From Cycas panzhihuaensis (taxonomy: Eukaryota > Plantae > Cycadophyta), in NCBI GenBank assembly GCA_023213395.1, contig CM041465.1:212977741-213041740 (forward strand): a stretch of DNA of 64,000 bases, written 5' to 3'. Both the position numbers and the translations under genes were made by a program. The number at the start of each line of letters is the position of its first letter. Within the stretch, counting starts at the first letter, position 1. Below, in pieces: positions 25,030-39,700 of this stretch. The notes under the pieces are model-generated. The model searched no databases. It was given only the letters and a program-made list of their open reading frames with translations, and was not told the origin of the DNA.

Positions 25030-28000
25030 TTAAGGTGATCTGGAGACTTATGTAATAATTTTCTGAATTTGATTAAATTTTAACTATAATAGTACCACTT
25101 CTTACTAAATTGCTAACAATTTTTTATTATGATACCCACTTTAGTTGGAACTAATTTTAATAACAAGTATACTTCAACTCATGCATATTTTTCAAAAAGT
25201 AAGGTGACCCTTATTATAGTCATTAAACATTGTAGTAGCAAATTTTTAACCCTATATATAATAGTAAATAGTAGGCTCTAATAGAAATACTTATAAATTT
25301 CATAATTCCACCCTAAAAAATATAGTATTATCACTCAAAATTTATAACATAGGTTTGGTCCTCTTAAATATATAGTTGTTTTTCCTAAACTCAATTATGT
25401 ACACCCTTAAAATGGTAGATATTTATTAAACCATACTCTAATATCAATTTTTGCCATCTTCCTCAATGGAAGCAAATGAATGGAAGCCCTCTTGAATGTA
25501 AGGAGTCCTCTAGGATGCTACTAAAGTAGTCATCAAAACTATAGAAACCAAAACTAAGATGATTATCCTTGGGTATAAGATGGATATTTATAGTCATCTA
25601 GCCTAACCTTACCTTTTCACTCCAAAATAACAACTTCCTAGATTTCCATCCAAAATATTGACTTCCTAACTTAATACTAATTATTTTAATTCCTTCACTT
25701 TTTAGAACATAACACCTTCTTTAAAAGCATTGAATGGATTTTGTATATGTCTTCCATTAGCTTCTAAAGGTTAGCCACTAGTTAAATGTAATTATTTTTA
25801 AAGATTACTTATAAAATTGCATCAAATTAATTGCAAATCCTTACATCCTAATAATTGCCTTTACTAACAATCCAAAATTTTGTAAGTCCAATCATCCTAT
25901 CATAGCTCATTGAATTAGATAATTCCTTAGTTGGGTTTTGATCTTGTAATTATAGCATTGGAACTACTCTAGCATAAAAGCATAATCAATATTCTTCATA
26001 TCTTTTCTCTTCCTAGGCTTATAAGATATCTTCTAAATTAGCCAACTAGGACTAAATGGTGTTATAGTGCAAACATCCTTCTATTGTTGAATTAATTATA
26101 TCATCAAATTTTACTTAACAAGAATAGATATCTTCATATAAATCATGGTTGATTGCTTATTTAGTTGAAATTGAAGTGTAACCTAGCTTATAATTTTGTA
26201 GTCTTTTGTCCACAAGACCTACTAGTTAGAGGGACTACATTTTGATTTATGAATTTAACCACTATTGGACATTTCTCTAGTCAAGGACTTCTGAGCCTCT
26301 TCTATGTGTCCTCCATAATTAGGTTAACCTTAAATCTAAAGGCAATAATTGTATCATAAAGATTATAATCCTCTATCTAAATATCAACTAGTGACTCAAA
26401 ATATTTAAGCTGTATTAATTCTCTTCTTGTAATTTGTCTAATTTTTTTTGACATTATTCACCTACTCTTAGGGTTCATTGATATCTTAAGATTTTTTTTT
26501 TCCCTCTAATTTGTGCTATCGTTGAAATTACTAAAGACAATAATCTTTAAGTCATACTCACATCCCTAATTCCCACTCAAAGTCCCCTTAGGATGGGAAG
26601 TAGTAAATCCTCCTCTATTAGTTATCAAGACTGTTAGACATTAGTTTATTCCCATGTCTTTGAGAAATTTATCTTTTTTTATAATAGATGAGGATATCTA
26701 ATCTTTAAGATATCCTTTGGTTGATTATGAACCCATCCTCTTATCGTCCCTTATCATTTCACCCAATTTGACTCTTATCTTCTTAGTGATGTTAAGTTTC
26801 CATATGATCTAGGAGGTGATTCTAATGCTTAGATTATTGTTATATAATTCATAACTTTACCCTTATCCTTTTTGTTCTATAATATCTATCTCATGATCAC
26901 TCAGACCACATAATATGCAGATTATGGCTCCTCTTCAAAAGGGATAATTCTCTCTCATATGTCCCTAGTCTTTGTATTTATGGCATATTATACCTTTCCT
27001 TATGTCTGGTTCCCTTAGGGGTCCTCTTTTAGTTTAGAATGAACTTCTTTCTTAGTCCTCAGATTGAAATTGTAGTCATTAGTATTATAAATATGATGAA
27101 ATCATCTTGATATCCTTAAATATACCTTTAAAGACAAATTTTGTATGCATTATTTCATTAATATAACAATATAACATTCATCTAGTCTAATCTAACTACT
27201 ATTATTATGATGTATTACGGATTTTTTTATCAAGTTATGCTAATTAGTTATATGTATTACTTATTGTTGACACCATGTTTAATTCTTAACACCTCATCAT
27301 ATAATGAGGATATACTTTTATGAAATGTCCTTCTATTTAACAATCTATATGCCACACATTACCTCTTTCCATATGTTCATTGTTGGGCAGGTTCATTCTT
27401 TTCAATGCTTAAATCAATTGATTTGCCAACCTATGAAGAAGTTGGATTAGTTAAGATCACCATCATATCTCCTTTCAATTATGTTATAATATCTACAGTG
27501 TCATCAAAAGTCTATAAATTCCTTTGTTGAATTTCCATCCTAATATAGGTGGAAGTCTAATGATAAAATAGTTAATTCTCTACTTCTCATCTAACTTATA
27601 TATTGTTTGAGTAAATACTTCCATACACCTTAAAGTAAAAGCTTGAAAGGTCTCTACAAATTGTATTTATTAATTTCAAAGCAGTATGAATGTTGATTGC
27701 CTCAAATTTTAATGATTGAAAACTTTAACAAATTGATTCTTATAACTTGTCTAGTTGGTGATTAAACCTCAATCCTTTTCTCCTTGATACTAGGTTTAGG
27801 ATTTTTCTCATAAGGTTGTGAAAAATTCATTCCATTTCATCTAATTGTCTACTTATCCTTTACAAATCTACATTAAGTTATTTATAAACTTGTGTTGACT
27901 ACTATTAACCATGTTATCATATTCTAGTAATGGGTTTCTCACTACATATTAAATTATGGGGGTAATACTAGCCATAATATTATTTATATTGAGCTTTTAG

Positions 28001-28900
28001 GTTGTTCTTGACTTCATATTCTATGAGGAGATTTCCTTCTAGAGATGTTATCCTATATAGACATGATTCAACTCTTCTTTCTAACTCATCAAATTCCTTT
28101 TTTATTGGGTTCAATTCCTTATGTTTTACCTCAAGGAGAATGTAATGAGTTGCTAATTTTAGTAATTTTTATTTTTTCATGGATGTTTTACTTTTTCTCT
28201 TTGTGACCTTTCTACCAATAGAAAATGCTAATATTTCTCTAGTTATTCTTTAGCTTAATGGTCATGTCTCATTGTTATTAATTATTCATATATTGTATCT
28301 TATCTCTATTCCATTTTATTTTCCACCTCCCCTATTGACCCCTCTTATTCAAGATCCATTTGGGTCATTATAATATAATCTTATTAAGAATTTTATTAGA
28401 CACAAAATTCACTTGATAATAGAACCAAATGTTGGATGCCTGATTTATCAAGTGTGTTTCTATAGTATTCAATCAATTACTTACATATTAGTAGCATCTA
28501 ACCAAGAATTATATTTGATATATTTCCACTACAAATCCTTTTTATTAATTATCTGACACCACCAAGTAATATGATTTCTCTCACAAATCACATTGGATAA
28601 TGGATAATGCTTACAACTTGGCCTTATTCTAGGAATTAATTATCTAAGACTATATAGAATAATAGATCTTTACAAGGTAGATTCCAATCATACTATAATA
28701 AAAATATTAATTATAAATACTAACTTGTATAGTTACAAGATAGTTATAAAACTAACTTCTTAATAGTTAGTCAACATGTTGACCCATGTCGACATTAGTC
28801 TTAGTTAGTAATTGACCCTAAAAACTAAGTAAACTATAACTTGATTTATTGACATTGACCATGATGACATGCATAGTCGATAAATTATTATTCTATTATT
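25030..28900 (-). mobile_element. Very degenerate gypsy-like internal region and possible LTR
   Basis: Weak coding-like remnants; ccaaa-tgttgg junction at ~28425-28436 resembles a minus-strand PBS/LTR border. Confidence 0.3.
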
Positions 28901-29716
28901 TTGGTAAGTTGGGAATAAGTTGTGAGAGCTAGAGTTGGAAAACTAGTACCCTTGCATTCATGTCATATTCTTAAGCTTAAGGGTAGATTCTTATGAATGA
29001 TTCATAATTGGCTTGATGGTGAAAACCCTCTAAGCAATTTGGCTTTTTTCACATAAAAGATAAGTTCTCTTGTTCTCATTTTATGTGGATACTTTTATGG
29101 AATTATGTTATAGTTATTAAAGTAGTGTTTAATTGCTCTTTTATGAGATAGTTAATGCATTTTTTAGGATGCCTAGTGCTTTATTTTTTTTCTCATTATA
29201 AAGAAATTATTATTGCATGATATGATCATACCAATTACATGCACATTCATAATTCTCTAGATTGCTAGTGTGACTTGTCACTCACTGGTCATATGGTTTC
29301 ACCACATGTGTTCTATTAAGGTTAAGTAGTCTTAAATGGGATGACATAAAGTGTTATAAAAGCATTCTTTTTTAAGTAGGGAATGTTACAATTTATATTA
29401 GAGAATCCTTGTCAAAGGTGGGTATTATTATAACTCAACTATTAGGAACTTTGTCTCACATGAAAAAATATAGTTAGTAGACTACATATGATTGTGGTTT
29501 ACTAGAGGGTTTGCTTCAAATTTGGAATTGACCCATAATGATGAACAATGGTCCTAACTACTCGAGTGGCATTCCATAAAGTTTATATATTATAGAGGAA
29601 CTTTCCATTGATTTTATAACATCAAGACAATTAACATCAATTATGTTGTAGCACGAATTGATGGTATTTATGTGCTAAAAATTGATGTATAATTTTTATA
29701 AATATTATAAAAATAA

Positions 29717-29796
29717 TACATCCATTTTTATCCAACTAATAATTTAACTAAAACCTTACATCCATTTTTAGCCAACTAATAATTTAACTAAAACCT
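29717..29796. repeat. 40-bp tandem duplication
   Basis: tacatccattttta(t/g)ccaactaataatttaactaaaacct x2. Confidence 0.9.
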
Positions 29797-32700
29797 TTCT
29801 TCTATATTTTCTTGTATGATTTATTTACTAGGGTCTTTTAGATGGCTAAATTTTTTTTTATAGTATTGTTATTTGACTTATGTTTTATTCTGAACCCTCT
29901 ATACGGCATCATCCAGTGAGCTTTATTATACGTGGGTATAATAATCAAATCAATAAGGGAAATAATATTGTTTTCATAAGCTATGGAACATAAAAGAGTA
30001 ATGGCCTTATTATTCTACTTCATTTGTGATAGTCGTGCATAAAAAAACTAATTTCTTTCTATGGTTTAAACTATATATATAAGAGAATATTCACTATGTA
30101 TTTTTGTGCCACAAATGTAGGTTCTTAATATGATGATATCATAGTTTTTCTCTTTTAAAGTTTTAAGTCACAAAGCTATATTGATTAGTAAATAAAAAAT
30201 TAAAATAAAATAAGAATAAGATAAGGCAACATTACCGGGCTTTTCTACTAAATTTTCATTGTAAGTAATAACATATAATAAGAGCATTACATTCTATATA
30301 TATCTTAGCTTGCCTATGTCTTTGCTTCAAGTTGTCTATATCACATCACTCAAGCAAGCAATTGACCATATATTCATATCTCTAGTATGGAGAGTTATTA
30401 CTTTTGTCATTATATACAAGTTGGAGGATCTCATTCATCATCACGATCAACATTTTGCCTATATCATTGAGTTTATGGTTTGGTATATATCAACATCTTT
30501 ATTTTATCCTACTTATATGGATACTATGGAGAATTGTGCATTATGTATTCTTATTTCAATGATTGACTAGGGATCTATATGTTTGAGTGAGTTATTTATT
30601 TAATGAATGGTGTTATTTTAGTGCATTGCATGTATTTGGTGTCTAGTATAAAGTCCTCATGTTGATAGCCATCATCTCAAAGAAATTTTACATATGAGAC
30701 ATTGTGTATTTGTGTCAAGGTACTTCTAGTCTTATGATATAGTATAATACTTAATCATTCCCTATGCTTAATATTTCATTACGTTATTCTAGTTTGAGTC
30801 TATTGTGTGTGTTGTATTACCTCAACTTGATGAGACCTATACAAACATCACCATATTATATATTTTCCTTCGTATTTATAGGTCATACACTCACTAAGAT
30901 TTAAATTTAAAGTTATGAGTAAGAAGAGGTTGGGAGCACACACATTAGTCATAAAGTTATTTTTAGTGGAGCCATGAACAATGTATATATGGTTGATTAT
31001 ATAGTGTTCAATCTTTATCTCTGTGATATACTTTAGAGCATTTAATATTGCCTATAATTTGAGAGATTTAACTATTTTCTATATTTTGTTGAATTCCCTA
31101 CTTATATCCCCCTTATCATCTAACCTATAGGTCATACATAATAACCAAGTAACTAGAAGAATGTCTTTCAAAGGAGCTTAACTATATTTTTAAGGAGTTT
31201 GTCTCATTTCAAGCACTTATTTCTACTTCAAAAAATATAACTATCATGCATGGTGTTTATTTTCAGATTCATCAACTTTAGTGTGATTTTTACTCTCACT
31301 TGGTTGAAATGAGTGGTTACAGTCCTATAGTGGGTTTGCATCTAGTAACCCATTTAATAAGTCAAAGCTAATCTGATTTTTTATTATAAGGCCTTTCATT
31401 TAAAATTAAACTCCTTATACTACTTAAGGCATAACTATCTCATAAAGTATCATATTTTGTTCTCATTTGAAACATTAGATTCATAATTCAATCATCTATA
31501 AAGTGGCTAGTTATGTGGGAACTTTTGAAATCATTTGATATACTATTTTAATATTTAAATTTGATGTAAGTTTTTGGGCTTCCTATGAGATGACCCTATA
31601 AATAAATTTTACACAAACTTCACTTTATAAGATTAAATTAATATAAAAGTTTTACCTTAGAGGTAGTGAAGTCCCAATTAGTATACTTGTACATGTCCTA
31701 AAACTGAACAGGGATAATCTAACTTATGTTTAAGTGTCTTTCTTTGCCCTTATTTAGTGCACTCTTATTCCTTTATCAAAGTATTTTTACTTACAAGTAG
31801 TTTCCTCTTCTATAATATTTTTTTTCAACATGGCTTCTAATATAAATAATATAATAGTTCCTAAGTTTGATGGTACTAATTTATTAAACTAGGGTCATAG
31901 AATGAAGATATATGGGACTTAATTATAAATAGCTATAATGCACTTAATCATAATTCTATTAAAGATGAGAAGAAGACTTTTAAGAAGAATGAATATAAAT
32001 ATAATGAGGCTTTGGCATTCATATTTTATGTTATGGAGGACCACATCTTCCTAAGAGTAAGTGGGGTAAATATATTAAATAATGCATGGGACATCTTAAA
32101 GATGGCTTGCAAAGGAGTTACTATAACAAAACTTCAAACCTTAAGAACCAAATTTGAAAACTACTGAATGAATAATAATGGGAGGATTAATGACTTCATA
32201 ATTAAGATATAAGGCCTAATTAATCAAATAAAGGCCTTATATGAAGATATTAGAGAACAAAAAGTGGTAAAAAAGATTTGGAGGAGTGTTAATGAGTTTG
32301 AGAGGTTTGAGATGGTAGCCATAAGAATTGAAGCCTCTAAAGACCTTATTACAGTTTAAGTTGATCAACTTAGGGCCATGTTGTTAGATGTTGAAGAAAA
32401 TAAAAGTGGTGGTAAGTCCTTAGAATATGCATTAGCCACTAAGGTAAAGATTAGTCCATATTTTAAAGGCCAAAGTTTTAAGGGAAGAGGCTAATCCCCT
32501 AAAGGAAGAGGTCAAAGCTTTATGAATTAAAAACAATTTCACCAAGGGTAATTTCATCAAAGTTAAGGATACTTTTATCAAAGACAAGTATATAGGAATC
32601 AAGGTCAATTTAATACAAACTAAGGATAAGGTTTTATAAATGAAAAATAATATTATAGACCTTAAAACTATAAAGGTAGAGGATAAAGTCTAAAGGAAAG

Positions 32701-33771
32701 GAATCAATGACAAAGAGGAAGAAGCCCTAGAGGTAGAGAAAGAGGAATAATATAATATTCCTCTTATCATAGAAGTAGACACTTAGAAAATAATTGCTTT
32801 ACAAAAAGGTTCAACATGTAAAAAGGAGTAGAAATACAACAATTGAAGAACTAAATGAGAATAAAAGACTTTTCTTATCAAGTCTAATAGCTAATGAAGA
32901 AGAGGATAGTTTGTATATTAACTTAGGTTGCTCCACCTACATGACTCATAAAAAAGAATAATTTAAGAAGTTGAATAATTCTCAAATAAGCAAAATCATA
33001 TTTAGAGATAATACTACTCAAGTAAGAATAGGTAAAGGGAATGCATCTATCCAAATAAATTTTAGAAAGATTAAGTGCATCAATGATGTACTTCATATCC
33101 CTACACTAAAAAAGAACTTACTATTAGTTGGTCAAATGATAGAATAGAAATATAAAGTTGTCCTTAATAATGGGAAGTGTATAATTAGGGATAAGTTAAA
33201 GAATGAAACAATAGTTACTAAGGGGTAAATGACAAGTGATAGATTATTTAAGTTGCTCATACCCTAAATGACTATTATATGTTAAAGGCATTAATCGATA
33301 TGGATAATAAAATATAGCATTAAATATTTGGCCATGTGAACTATAATAGCTTAGCATTAATAAAAAAGTTTAAAATGGCGATTGGTCTACCTAACATCGA
33401 ATATAACAAAGAAGTGAATAAAGAATGTAGACTAGGAAAATAATAAAGGGAAGGATTCTCAATTGATAACTATAGAGCAAATGGGCCACTACAATTAATC
33501 TACACAGATTTATATGGATTAATGGATGTACCATTCCTTAGAGGTGCTAAATACTTCATAATATTTATTGATGACTTCATAAGAATGACTTAGGTATATT
33601 TTCTTAAGTTTAATTCAAAAACATTTTAATGCTTTGTGGACTTCAATGTGATGATTGAAAGGAAAAGTAACCATAAAGTCTTAACCCTTAGATTAAATAA
33701 TGGGAGAGAATTCATTTCAAATGAATTAAAAAACTATTGTATATACTATGGGATAAATAAATAATTAACTA

Positions 33772-36700
33772 TGAAAAGAGTGGATCTATCCTTCATCTCC
33801 ATGCACTAAACACAAAGGCAAACATGGGAGCAAGAGAGACTTGAGAGAAAGAGAGAAGCTCTCACAAAATGGGGAGGTAAAAATGAGCCTCATCCATTAA
33901 GTTTTTACTTTTATATTGAGAGAGGGAGCATTAGAGTTAGGTGAAATTAAATTATACATAATGCATATGAAAGTGCATTTCACGTAAGTGATCTAATTTA
34001 AAGTTCACTTAAGACCCTTTTTAGAAATAATTAACTAATGTAATGACCTTGTGACATTAACCCTTTTCAATCTTCCCCTTAATAGTAGAAGGTCATTTCA
34101 TGCTATTTTATTCTATCCTATGAGGTCTTCATTTGAGCCTCTTATAAATCAAACTACTATGACACTTTTGTGAGAAACCCTTATTAGAAAGAAAACCCAC
34201 AGATTTTCTAAGCTATTAACCTAGCTCAGGCGGCTCTTTAAATAAATCTAGATAGCCAATCAGTACAATAAATTTTGTAGCTGAAATCTACTGAGTCTCC
34301 ATATACCATTTGGTCATCTCCCATGCCCTTTCAGGTATTCACAGGTTTCAATTTTCTAAAATGATACAATCCTTATCTTTTTATATCCATAAGGGATTTT
34401 CACGAATGGGATAGAGTAGAGACTTACTCTTGTCCTTTTTCACTCACAAGGAGTTTTCACGAATGAGATAGAGTATGATGGTCCTATTGTCATCTCCTTC
34501 AATCAGTCAGAGATGAAGGCCCTAAAGTTGAGTTGCTTTTGAAACTATTCAAACTTCATCCTTTTTAGTGGTTTAGTGAATATATCAACCACTTGATCTA
34601 TTGTGGGGTAATATTCTAGTTGAATTATTCCATCATGAACTAGTTCTCTAATTCTATGGACTTCAGTACTTATATGTTTGGTACGATCATGAAATATAAG
34701 ATTTTTAGCCATTTAGATTGTAGATTAATTATCTACATGTAAGAATGTAGAACTTGTTTGGGTGGCATTTAATGTATTCAATAATTTTCTAATATATATC
34801 ACCTCCTTACTTATCTCAGAAGTAGTAATATATTCAACTTTGGTAGTTGAGTCTGCAACTATCTTCTGCCACCTGGATCTCCATGATATTGGTGTTGCTC
34901 CAAAAAATGTTATGTACCCAGACATAGATCTTCATGTGTCTTTATCTCTGGTAAAGTTTGAGTCTGTGTATCCATAAAGTTTAAATTCTGTATTGGGTTC
35001 ATATAACAGACTATATTTGTTAGTCGTCTTCAGGTACCTCAACACTTGTATTATATCTTGTTAGTGATTCTACTTGGGATTTGTCATGAATCTTGCAAGA
35101 ATATCAATGGAGTGTGCAATATCCAGCCTTGTGTTAGTAGTATAGATGAGACTACCTATAAGTTGCCTGTAGAGTGTTGTGTCTGCCTCCCTAGTGTTAG
35201 CATCAATTGAGAGTTTATTATTAGGTTCCATAGGTGTATCCACTAGTCGAGTACCTTACAACTAAAACTTTGTTAGAAGATCTTTCATATATTTTTCTTA
35301 GGAGAGGAAGATTTTTCCATTCTTTAGAGTTACTTCGATTTCTAAGCAATATTTTATCAACTCAAGGTTAGACTATTCAAAAGTTTTAGTAAGGTTCTTC
35401 TTCAGTTGGTTGATTACCTATTCATTATTCCACATTATTAGCATATCATCCACAAAGATTAAGAGATAAGTGACTTTATCATTTTGGCACTTGATGAATA
35501 ATGTTATATCAATATCTTGATAGTCATAAACCTCATATCTAAGTTGCCTCATTCTTTCAGACAACGTGGTAAACCAAGCACGAGGGGCTTGCTTTAGGCT
35601 GTACAAATACTTTTTGAGCCTACAAACCTTTTGCTCCTAATCGACAATCTTGTATCCTTCTAATTGAGCCATGTAAATTTCTTCTTTAAGGTCCCTATTA
35701 AGAAATGTGGTCTTAACATCGAGTTGGTGGATTTTCCAACTCTATTGAGCATCCAAGGCTATAAGAGTTTTGATTGTAGGCCACTTGGTTATAGGAACAA
35801 AGATTTTAGTGTAGTCAATGCTTTCCTATTGCATGAATCCTTTTGCTACTAACCTTGCCTTGTATTTTTCTAGGGTGCCATTTGTTCTATGCTTATTTTT
35901 AAACACCAATTTATTTTGAACTACCTTTATTCCAAGTGGTACATTAACAAGATCCCATGTACCATTTTTTATAAGAGATTAGTACTCTTCATTCATGGCA
36001 TTTCTCTAAGCTGCATGTTTTATAGCTTCTTCATACATTATGGGGTCTTCATTAAGAGCAAGATGTAGTTATGTTGGTTCAAGCTCAATAAAAAGTGATT
36101 CATACATCCTTGCTCTATAGGCACTTTTAGTGTTAGTTTTGCCTACCTCATCTGGTTACATGTCCTTGTGTAGCTGGTAGACTTTATCGAAACCTCAAGT
36201 TAGAAATGAGGTTTTCATTTCCATATCCTCAGTCTTCATTTTGATCCTAAAAAGGATCATGTGAAATGTTTGGCATAGAGGAAGTTAACAATGCTAGAGA
36301 AGATGGACCAGCTACAAATGTTGGAGAAGATGATCCCTCTACTATGGCTTTGCCTTTGTCAACTTAATTGTTTACAAATGATGGTGTTGGATGTGTACAC
36401 ATTGTCCGGGAGTCACAATTTATATCCTCTAGGGATCTATTATCAGATTCCAAGATTTTGAGTAACTGTTGAGCATCTCCCCCACTAAATTTTAGAATCT
36501 GGATATCAAATTCAGTTGTATCATTAAATTAATATTAAGGCATCTTGGAGTCAAGTCTGAGTAATTGATCTTCTGTCTTCACAAAGATAACATCTCTGGT
36601 GATGATGATTTTACGATGTGAAGGCATGAAAACCTTGTACCTATTTTTTTCCATAGGGCATCCAACAAAGATGCCTTTGAGGGCTCTATCTTAGAGCTTG

Positions 36701-39700
36701 TTTCTATGTTCCTCCAAAATATGAGCATAATAAGTAGAGCTAAAAATTTTAAACTCAAAGATACAGGGGATTTATCCATACTACATTTCATGTGGAGAGG
36801 GGCCAAGCTTGGAGGGACTAATAGTATTGATGTAATACACGGTAATCTAGATAACCTCAGCCTAAAGATAGATAGAGACGTTCTTATATACCAGCATAGC
36901 ATGAGCCATGTTCATGATGGTCCTGTTCATATGCTCAGCAACTCCTTTTTTCTAGGGTGTACCTACAATAGTAGTCTAATGTTTGATTCCATGTTGACAT
37001 AGTTACGATTTAAACTCATTAGATGTGTACTCACCACCATAGTCAGTCTTGAGTATTTTGATCTTAAATCCAAATTCATTTTCCACACGGGCCTTGAAAG
37101 CTTAAAACATAGAAAAAGCTTCATCCTTCTTTGCAAGAAAAGCAATCCATATTTTCTTGGTAAAATCATCAATGAAAGAAATATAGTGCCACTTCTGTTT
37201 AAGAGAAGGGATGGGCATAGGATCTCATATATCTTAGTGTACAAGTTGCAAAGGTTGGCTAGATTTCTACTAACTATGAGGAAATAGTTGTCTATGAGAT
37301 TTGGAAATGATACATGCTTCGTATTTGAATGGCTTAGAGGAGAGCCTAGGCATACTAGGAAGAGTGACATGCAGTTATCTTAAATGATCAATTTTTATAT
37401 GGCCCGTATGAGCATGCCATAGGGTCACTTGGGACAACTTTTAAGGAGTTAGGGTTATGGTAAAAGCAGAGTCATTATTAACATAGTTAGCTTCAGAGGA
37501 TGGTAAGCCAGTTAGTCGAAAAAGTTTGCCATCAAGAATTTCGGTCATAACCATAGTATTTGAAGGAGGGTAAATGACACAGAGAGTTTGATTATTTGTA
37601 GTTACAGTCAGATCAAATCCACCAGATACAAGGGTGGATAGTAAGAGCATGTTCTATTTCAGAGCAAAAATATATAAAACATCAATAAAGGTAAAATCTA
37701 GAAGGCCTAGTAGTTTTAGGCAAATAGTTCTAAGTACTTCGACTAGCTGAGATGATTTGTTAGCCATGTGTACAACACCATGAACTTCAGCATCAAAATC
37801 CTAAAAGAACTGGTAATGACAAGTCATATATTATGTTGCTCCAATATCCATAATCCAAGATGAAGTATTTGAGGTAGTATTATTTGCAACTCCAAGTGGT
37901 GAAGGAAAAAGTAAATAAGCATAGCCATAATGAGTCTCAATATACTTAGTGGATCTATCAATAATATTTGATAAATTGGTCTCAATTCTTTGAAGGTGTG
38001 CATGAGAAAATTGCATTCCACCAAAACCATCTTCAAAAGAAGTATTATCAACATTATGTACACCATGGCACTATTGATAGCTTGGTAGTTTATTAGTGAC
38101 AAATCTACAATTTTTGGTATAATATCATTTTCTATTACACCTTTGGCACATAATTGTTTAATTTCTAGTCCTATAAGAAGTATTTAGCTAGTTGGATTAT
38201 CTCTAATTACTAGATCTAGGTCTAGGTTGATTATTTTGGCCTTGGAGTTGAGACTTTTTTTGTTAGAGTTAAGGACCCTATTGACCAAGAGGACATTGTC
38301 CTTGTTGTCTACCTCTTCCTCTTCCATAGGAATTATCACCTCTGTGAGAGTATTGACCTTGATTTTTGGTATAGTAAAGATCTTCTTCTACTTTAAAAGT
38401 AGCATCAACTGGATTTGATATAGTGGCAAAGTTAATATCAAAGGTCTTATTAAATTTAATGAATTTCTCAGCAAGAGCCCCAAAGTCTAGGGTCTTTAAG
38501 ATGCCACTAGATTAAAGACTTCCTAATAGATTTTTGTAATCTGGGATATGGAGACATGATTGAATCAACAAAGCCCATGTAATATATTAATTTTCAAAAT
38601 CTTTATCAATGGCTTGCTTAATTGGACAAAGGAGATTGATTATCTCACTTATGTATCCTTTCTATATTTTCAATTTGTTCATCTTCAACACTAAGCGAAC
38701 AAATTCTAAGTCTGATTTGGTGTCAAAGTTCTTCTTAAGAACTTTAAGAACTTTCCATGTCATATTATGTACAGCTTCATCAATGAGATTATGTAGGGAA
38801 TAATCAATGATAAGAAGTATTCCTCCACAGATTTTATCATCATCAAGTTCCCATTGGCATTTAGCTACAGCTTCAGTAGGAGTAGTCGGAGCACCTCCTT
38901 CAAAAGCACTTGAGGTAGTTGTAGCTGCAACAAATGGTGTAGGTTGTAAGTGATCTCTCCAAAGACCTTCATACTTTGTAGTATTTCTGACACCAGTGAA
39001 CTACATGTCCTAATTTTTCTTTTCTTTTTAGAATATAGTTTATATTTTGCTTGAACTGTGAAGACATGGTATCTTTTGAGAAGGGAAGAAATGAACAAGG
39101 GACTATAAAAGTGATGGTAATAAATGATCAATCACTATTTACAAAATAGGAGATGTAATAAAGTAGTGTAGCAAAAAGAAGAATAAGTGAGAATGGTTGT
39201 TCAAAAATGAAGGGAGCAACTTAGAGAAAAGTCACCAATATTTATGATAAATATTAACCTGACATAACAGTAATATGAGAAGCACTATGATGAAAATTAG
39301 CCACTAACACTTGGGGTAAATATTAATTTAATGCAGTAGGAATATAAGAAGCACTATGATTATGATTACACTATGGATCACTTTTTACAAATAAGTATGA
39401 TTAATATACAAGATTGTAGGCTAATATGGAAGCTGACATCATTGGGTGTACATAACTTGAAACTCAAATGTAGGATGCATAATCAACCCAATAACCTCTA
39501 ACTTGTGTCCAACATATAGTTGAGGTTGTTGAAGGGATGCCTAGGCTTCTAGTAGAATTAAATTGGCCTTCACCCATTATACCCATAATTATGCTTGGTG
39601 ATGAAATCCAAGTCACAACGGAGCCTAAGTACTCCCAATCCTTACCTAGTTCACCAATAAGCAGCTATATACCTCTTCTAAAGAGTGGTATGTGCATACC